From: Cetorhinus maximus | Taxonomy: Eukaryota | Assembly: GCF_964194155.1 (NCBI RefSeq) | Contig: NC_135884.1 | Location: forward strand, 64,418,001-64,482,000 | Reading direction: 5' to 3' | DNA length: 64,000 nt | Shown here: positions 1 through 12,060 of the stretch, piece after piece | How positions within the stretch are numbered: the first letter of the stretch is position 1 | How the letters are laid out: each line of letters begins with the position of its first letter | Translations under genes and position numbers: made by a program | Notes under the pieces: generated by a model | Database searches by the model: none | What the model was told of the DNA's origin: nothing | The model's input: only the letters and a program-made list of their open reading frames with translations

Positions 1-3000
1 GACAATGTGAGGGAAGGGGAAGTGTTTGGGAGGGCAGTGTGAGGGGGAGTGTTTGGGAGGGCAACGTGAGGGGGGAATGTTTGGGAGGTCAATGTGAGGG
101 AGAGGTGGAGTGTTTGGGAGGACAATGTGAGGGAAGGGGAAGTGTTTGGGAGGGCAGTGTGAGGGGGAATGCGATGTGGGGGTTGAGTGGGAGGGCAATG
201 TGAGGTGGAGGTCGAGTGTGAGGGCAGTCAGGTGTGGAGGGCCAGTTGGAGAGCAGTGTGAGGTGGAGGTTGAATGGGAGGGAAGTGTGAGGTGGAGGGT
301 GAGGGGGATGGCTGTGTGAGGCAGTGGTTGAGTGGCAAGTCAGGGTAAGGTGGAGGTTGAGTGAGAGCTCAGTGTGAAGTGGAGGGTGAGTGGGAGGGGA
401 ATATGAGGTGGAAATGTGGTGAGTGGGCAGTGTGAGGTGGAGGTTGAGTGGGAGGGCAGTGTGAGGTGGAGTTTTAGTGGGAGGACACTGTGAGGAGGAA
501 TTTTAGTGGGAGGGCACCGTGAGGTGGAGGTCGAGTGGGAGGGCAGCATGAGTTGAATGGCGAATGGGAGGGCAGCGTGAGGTGGAGGTTGTGTGGGAGG
601 GCAGTGTGAGGTAGAGGTTGAGTAGGAGGGCTATGTGAGGTGGAGGTTGAGTGGGATGGCTGTGAGGTGGAGGTTGAGTGGGAGGGCATTGTGAGGTGGA
701 GGTTGAGTGTGAGGGTGGTGTGAGGTGGAGGTTGAGTGGGAGGGCAGTGTGACGTGGAGGTTGAGTGGGAGGGCGGTGTGAGGTGGAGGTTGAGTGTGAG
801 GGCGGTGTGAGGTGGAGGTTGAGTGTGAGGGCGGTGTGAGGTGGAGGTTGAGTGGGAGGGCATTGTGAGGTGGAGGTTGAGTGTGAGGGCGGTGTGAGGT
901 GGAGGTTGAGTGTGAGGGCGGTGTGAGGTGGAGGTTGAGTGTGAGGGCGGTGTGAGGTGGAGGTTGAGTGGGAGGGCATTGTGAGGTGGAGGTTGAGTGG
1001 GAGGGCAGTGTGAGGTGGAGTTTTTTTTATTCTTTCACAGGATGTGGGCTTTGCTGGCTGGGCCAGCATTTATTGCCCATCCCTAGTTGCCCTTGAGAAG
1101 GTGGTGGTGAGCTGCTTTCTTGAACAGCTGCAGTGCATGTGGTGTGGGTACACCCACAGTGCTGTTAGGTTGAGTGGGTAGGTGGTGTGAGGTGGAGTTT
1201 GAGTGGGAGGGCAGTGTGAGGTGGAGTTTGAGTGGGAGAGCAGCGTGAGGTGGATGGCAAGTGGGAGGGCAGTGTGAGGTGGAGGTTGAGTGGGAGGGCA
1301 GCGTGAGGTGGATGGCAAGTGGGAGGGCAGTGTGAGGTGGAGGTTGAGTGGGAGGAGAGTGTGAGGTGGATGGTGAGTGGGAGGGCAATGTGAGGTGGAA
1401 GTTGAGTGGGAGGGCAATGTGAGGTGGAAGTTGAGTGGGAGGGCAGCGTGAGGTGGATGGCAAGTGGGAGGGCAGTGTGAGGTGGAGGTTGAGTTGGAGG
1501 GCAGTGTGAGGTGGAGTTTGAGTGGGAGGGCAGTGTGAGGTGGAAGTTGAGTGGGAGGGCAGTGTGAGGTGGAGGTTGAGTGGGAGGGCAGCGTGAGGTG
1601 GAGTTTGAGTGGGAGGGCAGCATGAGGTGGAGGTTGTGTGGGAGGGCAATGTGAGGTGGAGTTTAAGTGGGAGGGCAGTGTGAGGTGGAGGTTGTGTGGG
1701 AGGGCAGTGTGAGGTGGAGTTTGACTGGTAGCGCAGCGTGAGTTGGAGGTTGTGTGGGAGGGCAGCGTGAGGTGGAGGTTGAATGGGAGGGCAGCATGAG
1801 GTGGAGGTTGTGTGGGAGGGCAGTGTGAGGTGGAGTTTGTGTGGGAGGGCAGCATGAGGTGGAGGTTGTGTGGGAGGGCAGCATGAGGTGGAGGTTGTGT
1901 GGGAGGGCAGTGTGAGGTGGAGTTTGTGTGGGAGGGCAGCATGAGGTGGAGGTTGTGTGGGAGGGCAGCATGAGGTGGAGGTTGTGTGGGAGGGCAGTGT
2001 GAGGTGGAGGTTGTGTGCGAGAGCAGCGTGAAATGGAGGTCAAGTGGGAGGACAGCATGAGGAGGATAGCGAGTGGGAGGGCAGTGTGAGGTGTAGGTTG
2101 AGTGGGAGGGCTGTGTGAGGTGTAGGTTGAGTGGGAGGGCTGTGTGAGGTGGAGGTTGAGTGGGAGGGCAGTGTGAGGTGGCGTTTGAGTGGGAGGGCAG
2201 TGTGAGGTGGAAGTTGTGTGGGAGGGCAGCATGAGGTGGAGGTTGTGTGGGAGGGCAGCGTGAGGTGGAGGTTGTGTGGGAGGGCAGTGTGAGGTGGAGG
2301 TTGTGTGCGAGAGCAGCGTGAAATGGAGGTCAAGTGGGAGGACAGCATGAGGAGGATAGCGAGTGGGAGGGCTGTGTGAGGTAGTGGTTGTGTGGGAGGG
2401 CGGTGTGAGCTGGAGGTTGAACGGGAGGGCTGTGTGAGGTAGTGGTTGTGTGGGAGGACGTGTGAGGTGGAGGTTGTGTGGGAGGGCGGTGTGAGGTGGA
2501 GGTTGAGTGGGAGGGCAGCGTGAGGTGGAGGTTGAGTGGGAGGGCATTGTGAGGTGGAGTTTGAGTGGGAGGGCATTGTGAGGTGGAGTCTGAGTGGGAG
2601 GGCAGTGTGAGGTGGAAGTTGTGTGGGAGGGCAGTGTGAGGTGGAAGTTGAGTGGGAGGGCAGTGTGAGGTGGAGATTGAGTGGGAGGGCAGTGTGAGGT
2701 GGAAGTTGTGTGGGAGGGCAGTATGAGGTGGAAGTTGTGTGGGAGGGCTGTGTGAGGTAGTGGTTGTGTGGGAGGGCAGTGTGAGGTGGAAGTTGTGTGG
2801 GAGGGCAGTGTGAGGTGGAAGTTATGTGGGAGGGCTGTGTGAGGTAGTGATTGTGTGGGAGGGCAGTGTGAGGTGGAAGTTGTGTGGGAGGGCAGTGTGA
2901 GGTGGAAGTTGTGTGGGAGGGCAGTGTGAGGTGGAAGTTGTGTGGGAGGGCTGTGTGAGGTGGAAGTTGTGTGGGAGGGCAGTGTGAGGTGGAAGTTGTG

Positions 3001-3378
3001 TGGGAGGGCTGTGTGAGGTAGTGGTTGTGTGGGAGGGCGGTGTGAGGTGGAGGTTGAGTGGGAGGGCAGTGTGAGGTGGAGTTTGAGTGGAAGGGCTGTG
3101 TGAGGTAGTGGTTGTGTGGGAGGGCGGTGTGAGGTGGAAGTTGAGTGGGAGGGCGGTGTGGGGTGGAGTTTGAGTGGGAGGGCAGTGTGAGGTGGAAGTT
3201 GTGTGGGAGGACTGTGTAGGTGGAGTTTGAGTGGGAGGGCGGTGTGAGGTGGAGGATGAGTGGGAGTGCTGTGTGAGGTGGAGTTTGATTGGGAGGGCAG
3301 CGTGAGGTGGAGGTTGAGTGGGAGGGCATTGTGAGCTGGAGTTTGAGTGGGAGGGTGGTGTGAAGTGGAGTTTCAATG
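1..3378 (+). repeat. G-rich minisatellite, about 29-bp unit (GTGTGAGGTGGAGGTTGAGTGGGAGGGCA), in the last intron of ZMYND10; array continues past the window start
   Basis: Tandem copies visible directly. The minus-strand ORFs show 29-aa periodicity (three units cycling through the frames). The first 170 bp is a variant unit with a 120-bp repeat (positions 1 and 121 start identically). Confidence 0.95.
1021..1168 (-). mobile_element. 5'-truncated 3' tail of the CR1/L2-group LINE (family A) inserted in the minisatellite
   Basis: Poly-T followed by the reverse complement of the tail AAGGCAGCTCACCACCACCTTCTCAAGGGCAACTAGGGATGGGCAATAAATGCTGGCCCAGCC, also seen near 11960-12060. Confidence 0.9.
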
Positions 3379-3535
3379 AGAGGCGAGTGTGAAATGATCA
3401 ATGTTTTGAATCTTTAACCACCATCAAGTCGAGAAACCCAGGATAATGGATGAAACTCTAAATCTGAGCTAACCAATCCCTAAATGAGTTGACCACTACG
3501 ACTGTGCCCAAAATGTAATTTCATTTATTTTCTAG

Positions 3536-3617
3536 GGAGTGCCAGGTGAAGCATTGGACGAAACATAAGAAAGCCTGTGACCTGATGGCCGTTGCTGCCA
3601 AAAAAACAACTGAATGA
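3536..3617 (+). CDS. ZMYND10: Last coding exon of zinc finger MYND domain-containing protein 10 (BLU)
   Basis: Acceptor tttattttctAG (3534-3535), phase 2, then ECQVKHWTKHKKACDLMAVAAKKTTE-stop. This matches the MYND C-terminal motif CQxxHWxxHKxxC and recalled human ZMYND10 RECQVKHWEKHGKTC. It lies upstream of RASSF1 on the same strand, as in human. Confidence 0.9.
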
Positions 3618-4346
3618 GGAATTTGAAATCAATCACTAGGAACTAAACTAGTGAATACCTGGCTGCATCTCTGCCAACTGGGCACTGAACAGAACCATGC
3701 GATCCCAGTCATGGCACAATTACACAGACGTATACTAGGCACTCCCATTAACTTTCAAAGTGTGACACATTGGCTGACCTAGCCATACAGAGTTCCTGTT
3801 TGTGCAGAGAAGTAAAAGTTAACTGCTGGGATTGTTTTTAAAATACAATTTGTGAAACAGCCAACAGCTTTAAAATCACCCTGCTCTATCTCTCTTTGGT
3901 GTGCCTTAAATGGTGTTTGTCAGTGTGAGTCTAGGAGAGCAACCAATACATCGAGTTTATGGCTGTTGAGTAAAAGTTTAATCCACAACTGAAAATTTGT
4001 TCTTGGGTAAAGTATTCCCCTTTGTTTCTTGGAGATAGGGTTTGAGAATTCACTTGGTGACACTACACGTGCATGTGATGAATTCCTTATTCTGCAGTTT
4101 TTATAAAGTAAAGGCAGCATTTTGGGTAAGGGAATCAATCCATGCTCACCCTACTCGCTTTCAACACAGTGCGATCAGGAAAATGGAGCCCAGTATATTC
4201 GTGCAGAAATATACATGCGGAGATCTGCTCAATTCAGCTTCTTCCAATTGTTAGCATTTCAACGGACAGTACTCTGTATATGACACCCAGTTTCTTTTTC
4301 AAAGGCATGCTTTGTACTGATGCCAGTTAGGCTGTCACTGAGCCAG

Positions 4347-4352
4347 AATAAA
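4347..4352 (+). promoter_or_regulatory. Possible polyadenylation signal for ZMYND10
   Basis: First AATAAA I noticed downstream of the stop codon; usage unverified. Confidence 0.3.
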
Positions 4353-4723
4353 GAAAACAAGGACATGCTGGAGATATTCTCTGCTACCAGCTCCTACTGC
4401 ATGTTTTTTTTAAGGTCTTCAGCAACAACAATGATGCAATACACAGGCAGTTTTAATTGTAACAATCAGACATTTTACAGAGATGACCCTAGTATCTTTG
4501 CCTTTCATCCCTCTATGGGAGCTGAAGGAGGGACACTCTTGTAAGAGGCATCATGAATGATTTTTTTTTCTTCAATGCACAGAAGTAAGAGTTTTGCTCA
4601 CCGTGAGCTCCTGTTGAAAATTTGGGCATAGGTTTCCCACACTTTTCCATACACTTCGGTTGGCGCTGCTGGTGAGCAAAGTTCTCATGGCCCCAGCTAA
4701 AGAGAAAAACTTGGACCATTGCT

Positions 4724-5001
4724 TCATGTCCTTAAACAGGATTCAATGCATTGCATATTGAGGTTCCAGGTATCAGGATTGCTTTTTAATGGAGTAGCCT
4801 GTGTTACTGGAATATTTCTTGAATGTAGCGTATTCAAATTTTGACTTGACAATGGAAAGGCATCTACAAATCCCAAATGCTTCAGTTGTTGAATGTGCAC
4901 ATGTTTGAGAAGAAATTTCTCCTTAGCTTTTGAATTTGATTGTAAGTGGCATTGTTGACGGTGGCCATTTAATCTCTGCTCTGTTATTGTGTGCTGTGTA
5001 A
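4724..5001 (-). CDS. Candidate exon of an unidentified minus-strand transcript (91 open codons then stop)
   Basis: Acceptor ttcaatcttgttttaAG (5003-5002), then phase-1 frame TQHTITEQRLNGHRQQCHLQ...MQCIESCLRT-stop. A good donor ACG|gtgagc lies at 4601. No homology recognised. Confidence 0.3.
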
Positions 5002-5685
5002 CTTAAAACAAGATTGAACTGATTGTATTAAAAATAGAATTAACAATGATTGACTCTTAGTATTTGTCTCCTGCTACTAAGATGACAAACCAATGAATAA
5101 GAAAAGTCGATTTCCCTATTGTAAAAGTTTTTTGATGGTGTCCAATTTACTTCAAACACCACATCTCGAAGTGTTCAGAAAACAGAAATGATTTTGTGCT
5201 GACATCAATTGCAGGTTAGTTTCTATTGATGGTGAAAGTTTACAGGTTCACTTGGAGCCAGGAATTTACAAGGATCCAGCAATGAGCAATTTTCCCTCAT
5301 TAAAAGCAATTGACATCCGGACCTAGTTAGAAGGTGGGCGTGTGTGTTTGATTTAGATCACGGAAGATCAGGGAAATTAATATGAGGTTACTATGGGGCC
5401 TCAGTCCCATTTAAAACTATAGAAAAGATACGGCACAGAAAGAGACCATTCAGCTCATCGTGTCTGCGCCTGCCAAAAAATAAAAAATTAGCCGCCTGTT
5501 CTAATCCCACCTTCCAGCTCCTGGTCTGTAGGCTTGCAGGTTACAGCACATCCGGTGCAATCAGGTACCTTTTTAAATGATAAAAACAAAAAGCTAAAAG
5601 CTACTGCGGATGCTGGAAATCCAAAACAAAAACAGAATTACCTGGAAAAGCTCAGCAGGTCTGGCAGCATCGGTGGAGAAGAAAT

Positions 5686-5726
5686 CAGTTAACGTTTCGA
5701 GTCCTCATGACCCTTCGGCAGAACTG
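5686..5726 (-). ncRNA. Minimal type-I hammerhead ribozyme-like motif in the Penelope tail (core variant)
   Basis: Minus strand reads CAGTT-CTGCCGA-A-GGGTC-ATGAG-GACTC-GAAACGTT-AACTG: stem I, a CUGANGA-like core with the conserved A replaced by C, stem II, GAAA and a palindromic stem III. Confidence 0.7.
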
Positions 5727-6086
5727 AGTACAGTTAGGAGAGAGGTGAAATATAAGCTGGTCTAAGGTGGGGGGGCGGGGGGAGAGAGAAGTTGAGGGTG
5801 GGGTGATTGTGGGGATAAGCAAGCAGTGATAGGAGCAGATAATCAAAAGATGTCACAGACAAAAGGATCAAAGAGGTGTTGAAGGTGGTGATATTATCTA
5901 AGAAAAGTGCTAATTAAGAATGGAAGGCAGGATACTCAAGGTACAGCTCTAGTGGGGGTGGGGTGGAAAGACTAACAAAGTTTTAGATTTAAAAATAATG
6001 GAAATAGGTGGGAAAAGAAGAATCTATATAAATTATTGAAAAAAGGGAGGGGGGAGAAATGGGGTGGGGATGGGGGGAGGGGGAGT

Positions 6087-8171
6087 TTAAGATCTAAAGT
6101 TGTTGAATTCAATATTCAGTCCGGAAGGCTGTAAAGTGCCTAGTCGGAAGATGAGGTGCTGTTCCTCCAGTTTGCGTTGGGCTTCACTGGAACAATGCAG
6201 CAAGCCAAGGACAGACATGTGGGCAAGAGAACAGGGTGGAGTGTTAAAATGGCAAGCGACAGGGAGGTTTGGGTCTTTCTTGCGGACAGACCGCAGGTGT
6301 TCTGCAAAGCGGTCGCCCAGTTTGCGTTTGGTCTCTCCAATGCAGAGGAGACCACATTGGGAGCAACGAATGCAGTAGACTAAGTTAGGGGAAATGCAAG
6401 TGAAATGCTGCTTCACTTGAAAGGAGTGTTTGGGCCCTTGGACGGTGAGGAGAGAGGAAGTGAAGGGGCAGGTGTTGCATCTTCTGCGTGGGCATGGGGA
6501 GGTGCCATAGGTGGGGGTTGAGGAGTAGGGGGTGATGGAGGAGTGGACCAGGGTGTCCCGGAGGGAACGATCCCTACGGAATGCCGCCAGGGGGGGTGAA
6601 GGGAAGATGTGTTTGGTGGTGGCATCATGCTGGAGTTGGTGGAAATGGTGGAGGATGATCCTTTGAATGCGGAGGCTGGTGGGGTGATAAGTGAGGACAA
6701 GGGGGACCCTATCATGTTTCTCGGAAGGAGGAGAAGGCGTGAGGGAGGATGCGCGGGATATGGGCCGGACACGGTTGAGGGCCCTGTCAACGACCGTGGG
6801 TGGAAAACCTCGGTTAAGGAAGAAGGAGGACATGTCAGAGGAGCTGTTTTTGAAGGTAGCGTCATCAGAACAGATGCGACGGAGGCGAAGGAACTGAGAG
6901 AATGGGATGGAGTCCTTACAGGAAGCGGGGTGTGAGGAGCTGTAGTCGAGGTAGCTGTGGGAGTCGGTAGGCTTGTAATGGATATTGGTGGACAGTCTAT
7001 CATCAGAAATTGAGACAGAGAGGTCAAGGAAGGGAAGAGAAGTGTCAGAGATGGACCATGTGAAAATGATGGAGGGGTGGAGATTGGAAGCAAAATTAAT
7101 AAATTTTTCCAGGTCCCGACGAGAGCATGAAGCAGCACCGAAGTAATCATCGATGTACCGGAGAAAGAGTTGTGGGAGGGGGCCGGAGTAGGACTGGAAC
7201 AAGGAATGTTCCACATACCCCATAAAGAGACAGGCATAGCCGAGGCCCATGCGGGTACCCATAGCCACACCTTTTATTTGGAGGAAGTGAGAGGAGTTAA
7301 AGGAGAAATTGTTCAGCGTGAGAACAAGTTCAGCCAGACGGAGGAGAGTAGTGGTGGATGGGGATTGTTCGGGCCTCTGTTCAAGGAAGAAGCTAAGGGC
7401 CCTCAGACCATCCTGGTGGGGGATGGAGGTGTAAAGGGATTGGACATCCATGGTGAAGAGGAAGCGGTTGGGGCCAGGGAACTGGAAATTGTTGATGTGA
7501 CGTAAGGTGTCAGAGGAATCATGGATGTAGGTGGGAAGGGACTGGACAAGGGGAGAGAGAAGGGAGTCAAGATAACGAGAAATGAGTTCCTTGGGGCAGG
7601 AACAGGCTGACACGATCGGTCTGCCGGGACAGTTCTGTTTGTGGATTTTGGGTAGGAGGTAGAAGCGGGCCGTCCGAGGTTGGGCGACTATCAAGTTGGA
7701 AGCTGTGGGAGGAAGATCTCCAGAGGAGATGAGGTCAGTGACAGTCCTGGAAACAATGGCTTGATGTTCTGTGGTGGGGTCATGGTCCAGGGAGAGGTAG
7801 GAGGAAGTGTCTGCGAGTTGACGCTCAGCCTCCGCGAGGTAGAGGTCAATGCGCCAGACAACAACAGTACCACCCTTGTCAGCGGGTTTGATGACAATGT
7901 TGGGGTTGGACCTGAGAGAACGGAGTGCAGTAAGTTCAGAGAGAGACAGATTAGAATGGGTGAGAGGAGCAGAGAAATTGAGACGGCTAATGTCACGCCG
8001 ACAGTTCTCAATGAAAAGATCAAGAGAAGGTAAGAATCCAGAGGGAGGGGTCCAGGTGGAGGGAGAATATTGGAGGTGGGTAAAAGGATCCGTTGAACGG
8101 GGAGAGGACTCCTGCCCAAAGAAGTGAGCACGGAGACGAAGACGGCGGAAGAAGAGTTCAGCATCATGCCG
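6087..8171 (-). pseudogene. Penelope-like RT-endonuclease ORF, 695 codons including stop, frameshifted near 8172
   Basis: Motifs IVIKPADKGG, FYLLPKIHK, GRPIVS, MDVQSLYTSIP, GVAMG, RYIDD, Cys linker CPRRRCNTC, NLVYCIRC...CIGET, and SGLN. I translated 8171-7695 by hand and it is open and in frame with the listed 6087..7694 ORF. Confidence 0.92.
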
Positions 8172-10298
8172 AGATGAGGGCGTAAGGGTATGAAGCTAAG
8201 TCCTTTGCTGAGCACTGAACGTTCAGCATCGGAGAGGGGAAGGTCAGGGGGTATAGCGAATACGCGGCTGGGGCTGGGATTGGAAGATGGGGTGGGGACG
8301 GAGGGACAAGCAGGGGTGGAGGGTCCCAGATGGGTGTTGGTGTTGATAAGTTGTTGGAGCTTGCGTTCCTTAGCACTTGAGAGAAAGAGAAAAAGTTTCT
8401 TGTTGAGGCAACGGATGAGGCGAAGAATAAAATGAAACTGGGGGCACGCGCAGCTTTGAAAAGGTGCGGCGGTGCTGCTGGAGGGAGAGGTCGAGTGTGT
8501 TCCTTCTTACCTTTTTAAATGAATTGTGTGTTTCTGCCTCCACCACCAAACCAGGCAGCAACTTCCACACACCCACCATCCACTGGGTGAAGACCTTTTC
8601 CTCATGTCCCCTCTAATCCTCCTACCAATCACCTTAAATCTGTGCGCCCTGGTAACTGACCTCTCTGCTTGGGGAAACAGGTCTTTCCTGTCTCGGCCCC
8701 TCATAATCTTGTACACCTCAATTAAGTCACCCCTCAGCCTCCTCTGTTCTAAGGAAAACAACCCCAATCTATTCAATCTTTCCTCATAGCTGCAATTTTT
8801 CAAGCACAGGCAACATTCATGTAAATCTCCTCTGTACTCTCTCCAGGGCATTTATGTCGTTCCTGTAATGTGGCAACCAGAGTTGTACACAAAATTCCAG
8901 CTGTGGCCTAACCAACATTTTATACAGTTCCAGGATTACATACCTGCTTTTGTATTCAATCCCTCGTCCAATAAAGAAAAGCATTCCATGGTTTCTTTAC
9001 CACCTTATCCACCTGTCCTGCCACCTTCAGGTACCTGTGGACATGCACTCCAAGGTCTCCCACTTCCTCTACCCCTCTCAATATCCTGCACTTTATTGTG
9101 TATTCCCTAGCTTTGTTTGCTCTCCCCAAATGCATTACCTCACACTTCTGTGAATTGAATTCCATTTGCCACTTCTCCGCCCATTTAACCAAACCATTGA
9201 CATCATTATGGAATCGACAGCAACCCTCTTCACTATCAACTACACGGCCAATTTTTGTGTCATCTGCCTCACATTAAAGTCCAAATTATTCATATATACA
9301 ACAAACAGCAAGGGACCCAACACAGAGCCCTGTGGAACACCACTGGAAACCACCTATAGCATTTGGGGTGCTCCTTTAACAGCCCTGTTTGTGGTTTGAG
9401 ATCTAAGGTTCATTTGACCTTCAGATTCACCATACCTGGTGTTACCCTATGGGCCCTGGCAAAAATAGGGCCCTGCCACAGTCTACAGAGAAAAAATTGG
9501 CCTATAGCTTACTGTGGAGAGAGGAGTTCACAAATCAGATCAACTAAATGCAGTTTAGACTTCAATATCCTAGTGAAGTAAAACCAAAACACACCTGTCT
9601 ATTCCAAAACTTGTGGGTTTCCTAACCACAAACTGAAAGTGTTGTACTTGCCAGCTAGTAGCTAGAGTATTGCTGGAGAAGCCTATATTCTCCCCTGGTT
9701 CATTAACCTGCGCATGATCAAAGGTAAGGAAATCCAGTAAACCACAGTACCACTTTCACTTAAAGAGCTTTGTGTCGCACGATGGTCCCATTTAAGTGTA
9801 AAAAAGAGCTACTCATTGTATCCATCTTTATTTTTTGTTGTTGTTGCTATTGCTGTTGATCATTCTGTACTCCCATTTACAAACAGGAAGCTTTGGAAGT
9901 TACGTTAGTATAGTGCCACTTTTGGAGATCCTAGCTTTCCTTTCAGCAGTGTAATATTTATGGGCCATTAACTCAAATAGGGGCCAGCATGCTGGGTGCC
10001 TGACCATATTGTAGACAGCTACAATTTATACTCCTTTTGTGATGCAGTTACCCAGGCTTCTTCCGTTGAGATCTTCACTTATTGATAGTATCAGCAAGTG
10101 TCAAAGAAGAATTATCATTCTTCAAGGTTTGCTGTCGACAAACCCAATGATTGGATCACCCAGCTTCATCTTCCAATGGCTGTGAGCCAGGCTGTCAGCG
10201 ACCACGATGAGGAAAATATGAAGGTGAAACAAGCCAGTGCAAGACATCGTCCTTCTTTGCACTCCCGGGTTTCATCGCTCTTGTGTTACTATGACTCG

Positions 10299-12060
10299 GG
10301 AGGAGGCCGAGATGGATCATCCACTCGGCACTTCTGGCTGAAGATCGTAGCTGAAGCATTTGCTACAATCTTCAGCCAGAAGTGCCGAGTGGATGATCCA
10401 TCTCGGCCTCCTCCAGGAGTCCCCAGCATCACAGGTGCCAGTTTGCAGCCAATTCAATTCACTCCACGGGATACCAAGAAACAGCTGAAGGCACTGGATA
10501 CTGCAAAGGCTATGGGCCCTGACAATATTCCGGCAATAATACTGAAGACTTGTGCACCATAGCTCACCACGCCCCTAGCCAAGCTGTTCGATTACAGCTA
10601 CAACATTGGCTTCCACCCAGCTATGTAGAAAATTGCTCAGGTATATCCTGCACATAAAAAGCAGGACAAATCCATCCCGACCAATTACGGCCCCATCGGT
10701 CTACTCTCGATCATCAGTAAAGTAATGGAAAGGGTCATCAACAGTGCTATCAAGCGGCACTTGCTTAGCAATAACCTGTTCACTGACGTCCAGTTTGGGT
10801 TCTGCCAGGGCCACTCAGCTCCTGACCCCATTACAGCCTTGGTTCAAATATGGACAAAAGAGCTGAACTTCCCGAGGTGAGGTGAGAGTGACTGCCCTTG
10901 ACTTGAAGGCCGCATTTGACCGATTGTAGCATCAAGGAGCCCTAGCTAAACTGGAGTCAATGAGAGTCAGGGGGAAAACTCTCCACTGGTTGGAGTCATA
11001 CCCAGCACAAAGAAAGATGGTTGTGGTTGTTGGAGGTCAGTCATCTCAGCTCCAGAACATCACTGCAGGAGTTCCTCAGGGTAGTGCCCTCGGCCCAACC
11101 ATCTTCAGCTGCTTCATTAATGACCTTCCTTCCATTATAAGGTCAGATGTGGGGATGTTCGCTGGTGATTGCACAATGTTCAGCACCATTTGCGACTCCT
11201 CAGATACTGAAGTAGTCCATGTCCAAATGCAGCAAAACCTGGACAATATCCAGGCTTGGGCTGAAAAGTGGCAAGTAACATTCATGCCACACGAGTGCCA
11301 GACAATGACCATCTCAACAAGAGAGGATCTAACCATTGCCCCTTGATGGACAATCAATGTCATTACCATCACTGAATCCCCTATTACCAACATCCTGGGG
11401 GTTACCCTTTACCAGAAACTGAACTGGACTAGCCATACAAATACTGTGGCTACAAGAGCAGGTCAGAGGCTAAAAATCCTATGATGATTAACTCACCTCC
11501 TGACTCCCCAAAGCCTGTCCACCATCTACAAGGCACAAGTCAGGAGTGTGATGGAATACTTCCCACTTGCCTGGATGAGTGCAGCTCCAACAACACTCAA
11601 GAAGCTTGACACCACCCAGGACAAAGCAGCCCATTGATTGGCACCACATCCACAAACATTCACTCCCTCCACCACCGATGCACAGTTGCAGCAGTGTGTA
11701 CCATCTACAAGATGCACTGCAGAAATTCACCAAGGCTCCTTAGACAGCACCTTCCAAACCATGACCATCACAATCTAGAAGGACAAGGGCAGCAGATAGA
11801 TGGGAACACCACAACCTGGAAGTTCCCCTCCAAGTCACTCACCATCCTGACTTGGAACTATATCGCCGTTCCTTCACTGTCGCTGGGTCAAAATCCTGGA
11901 ACTCCCTCCCTAACAGCACTGTGGATGTGCCAACACCACATTGTCTGCAGCAGTTCAAAAAGGCAGCTCACCACCACCTTCTCAAGGGCAACTAGAGATG
12001 GGCAATAAATGCTGGCCCAGCCAGCGAAGCCCACATCCCGTGAATGAATAAAACAAAATA
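10299..12060 (+). mobile_element. CR1/L2-group LINE (family A), RT and 3' end, with a fold-back inversion at the 5' end
   Basis: KAMGPDNIP and GVPQGSALGPTIFSCFINDLPSIIRSDVGMFAGDCTMF; A-rich tail at about 12045-12060. Confidence 0.92.

Larger units (their letters stand above)
5581..8507 (-). mobile_element. Penelope-like retroelement (RT + GIY-YIG), 5'-truncated, young
   Basis: Flanked by the 15-bp duplication TACCTTTTTAAATGA (5566-5580 and 8508-8522). RT and GIY-YIG ORF inside; hammerhead-like motif in the tail. Confidence 0.95.
5419..9352 (-). mobile_element. CR1 LINE 3' portion, split by a Penelope-like insertion
   Basis: ORF fragments SYEERLNRLGLFSLEQRRLRGDLIEVYKIM and KWAEKWQMEFNSQKCEVMHLG. 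The 3' tail lies at 5419-5580. Confidence 0.9.

Noticed and set aside
340-3401. Long Pro/His/Thr-rich minus-strand ORFs (up to 453 aa)
   Set aside because: They are translations of the 29-bp minisatellite, open in all three frames because the unit lacks stop codons.
7691-8215. 174-aa ORF as a separate Penelope protein
   Set aside because: It is mostly an off-frame reading created by the frameshift near 8172. The true frame runs from 8171 to 6087.
9668-9729. Plus-strand mini-exon ending at AAAG|gtaagg
   Set aside because: The donor is good but there is no convincing polypyrimidine acceptor or recognisable peptide.
10098-10562. 154-aa ORF as a gene
   Set aside because: It is a chimera of unique flank, the fold-back arm and LINE ORF2.
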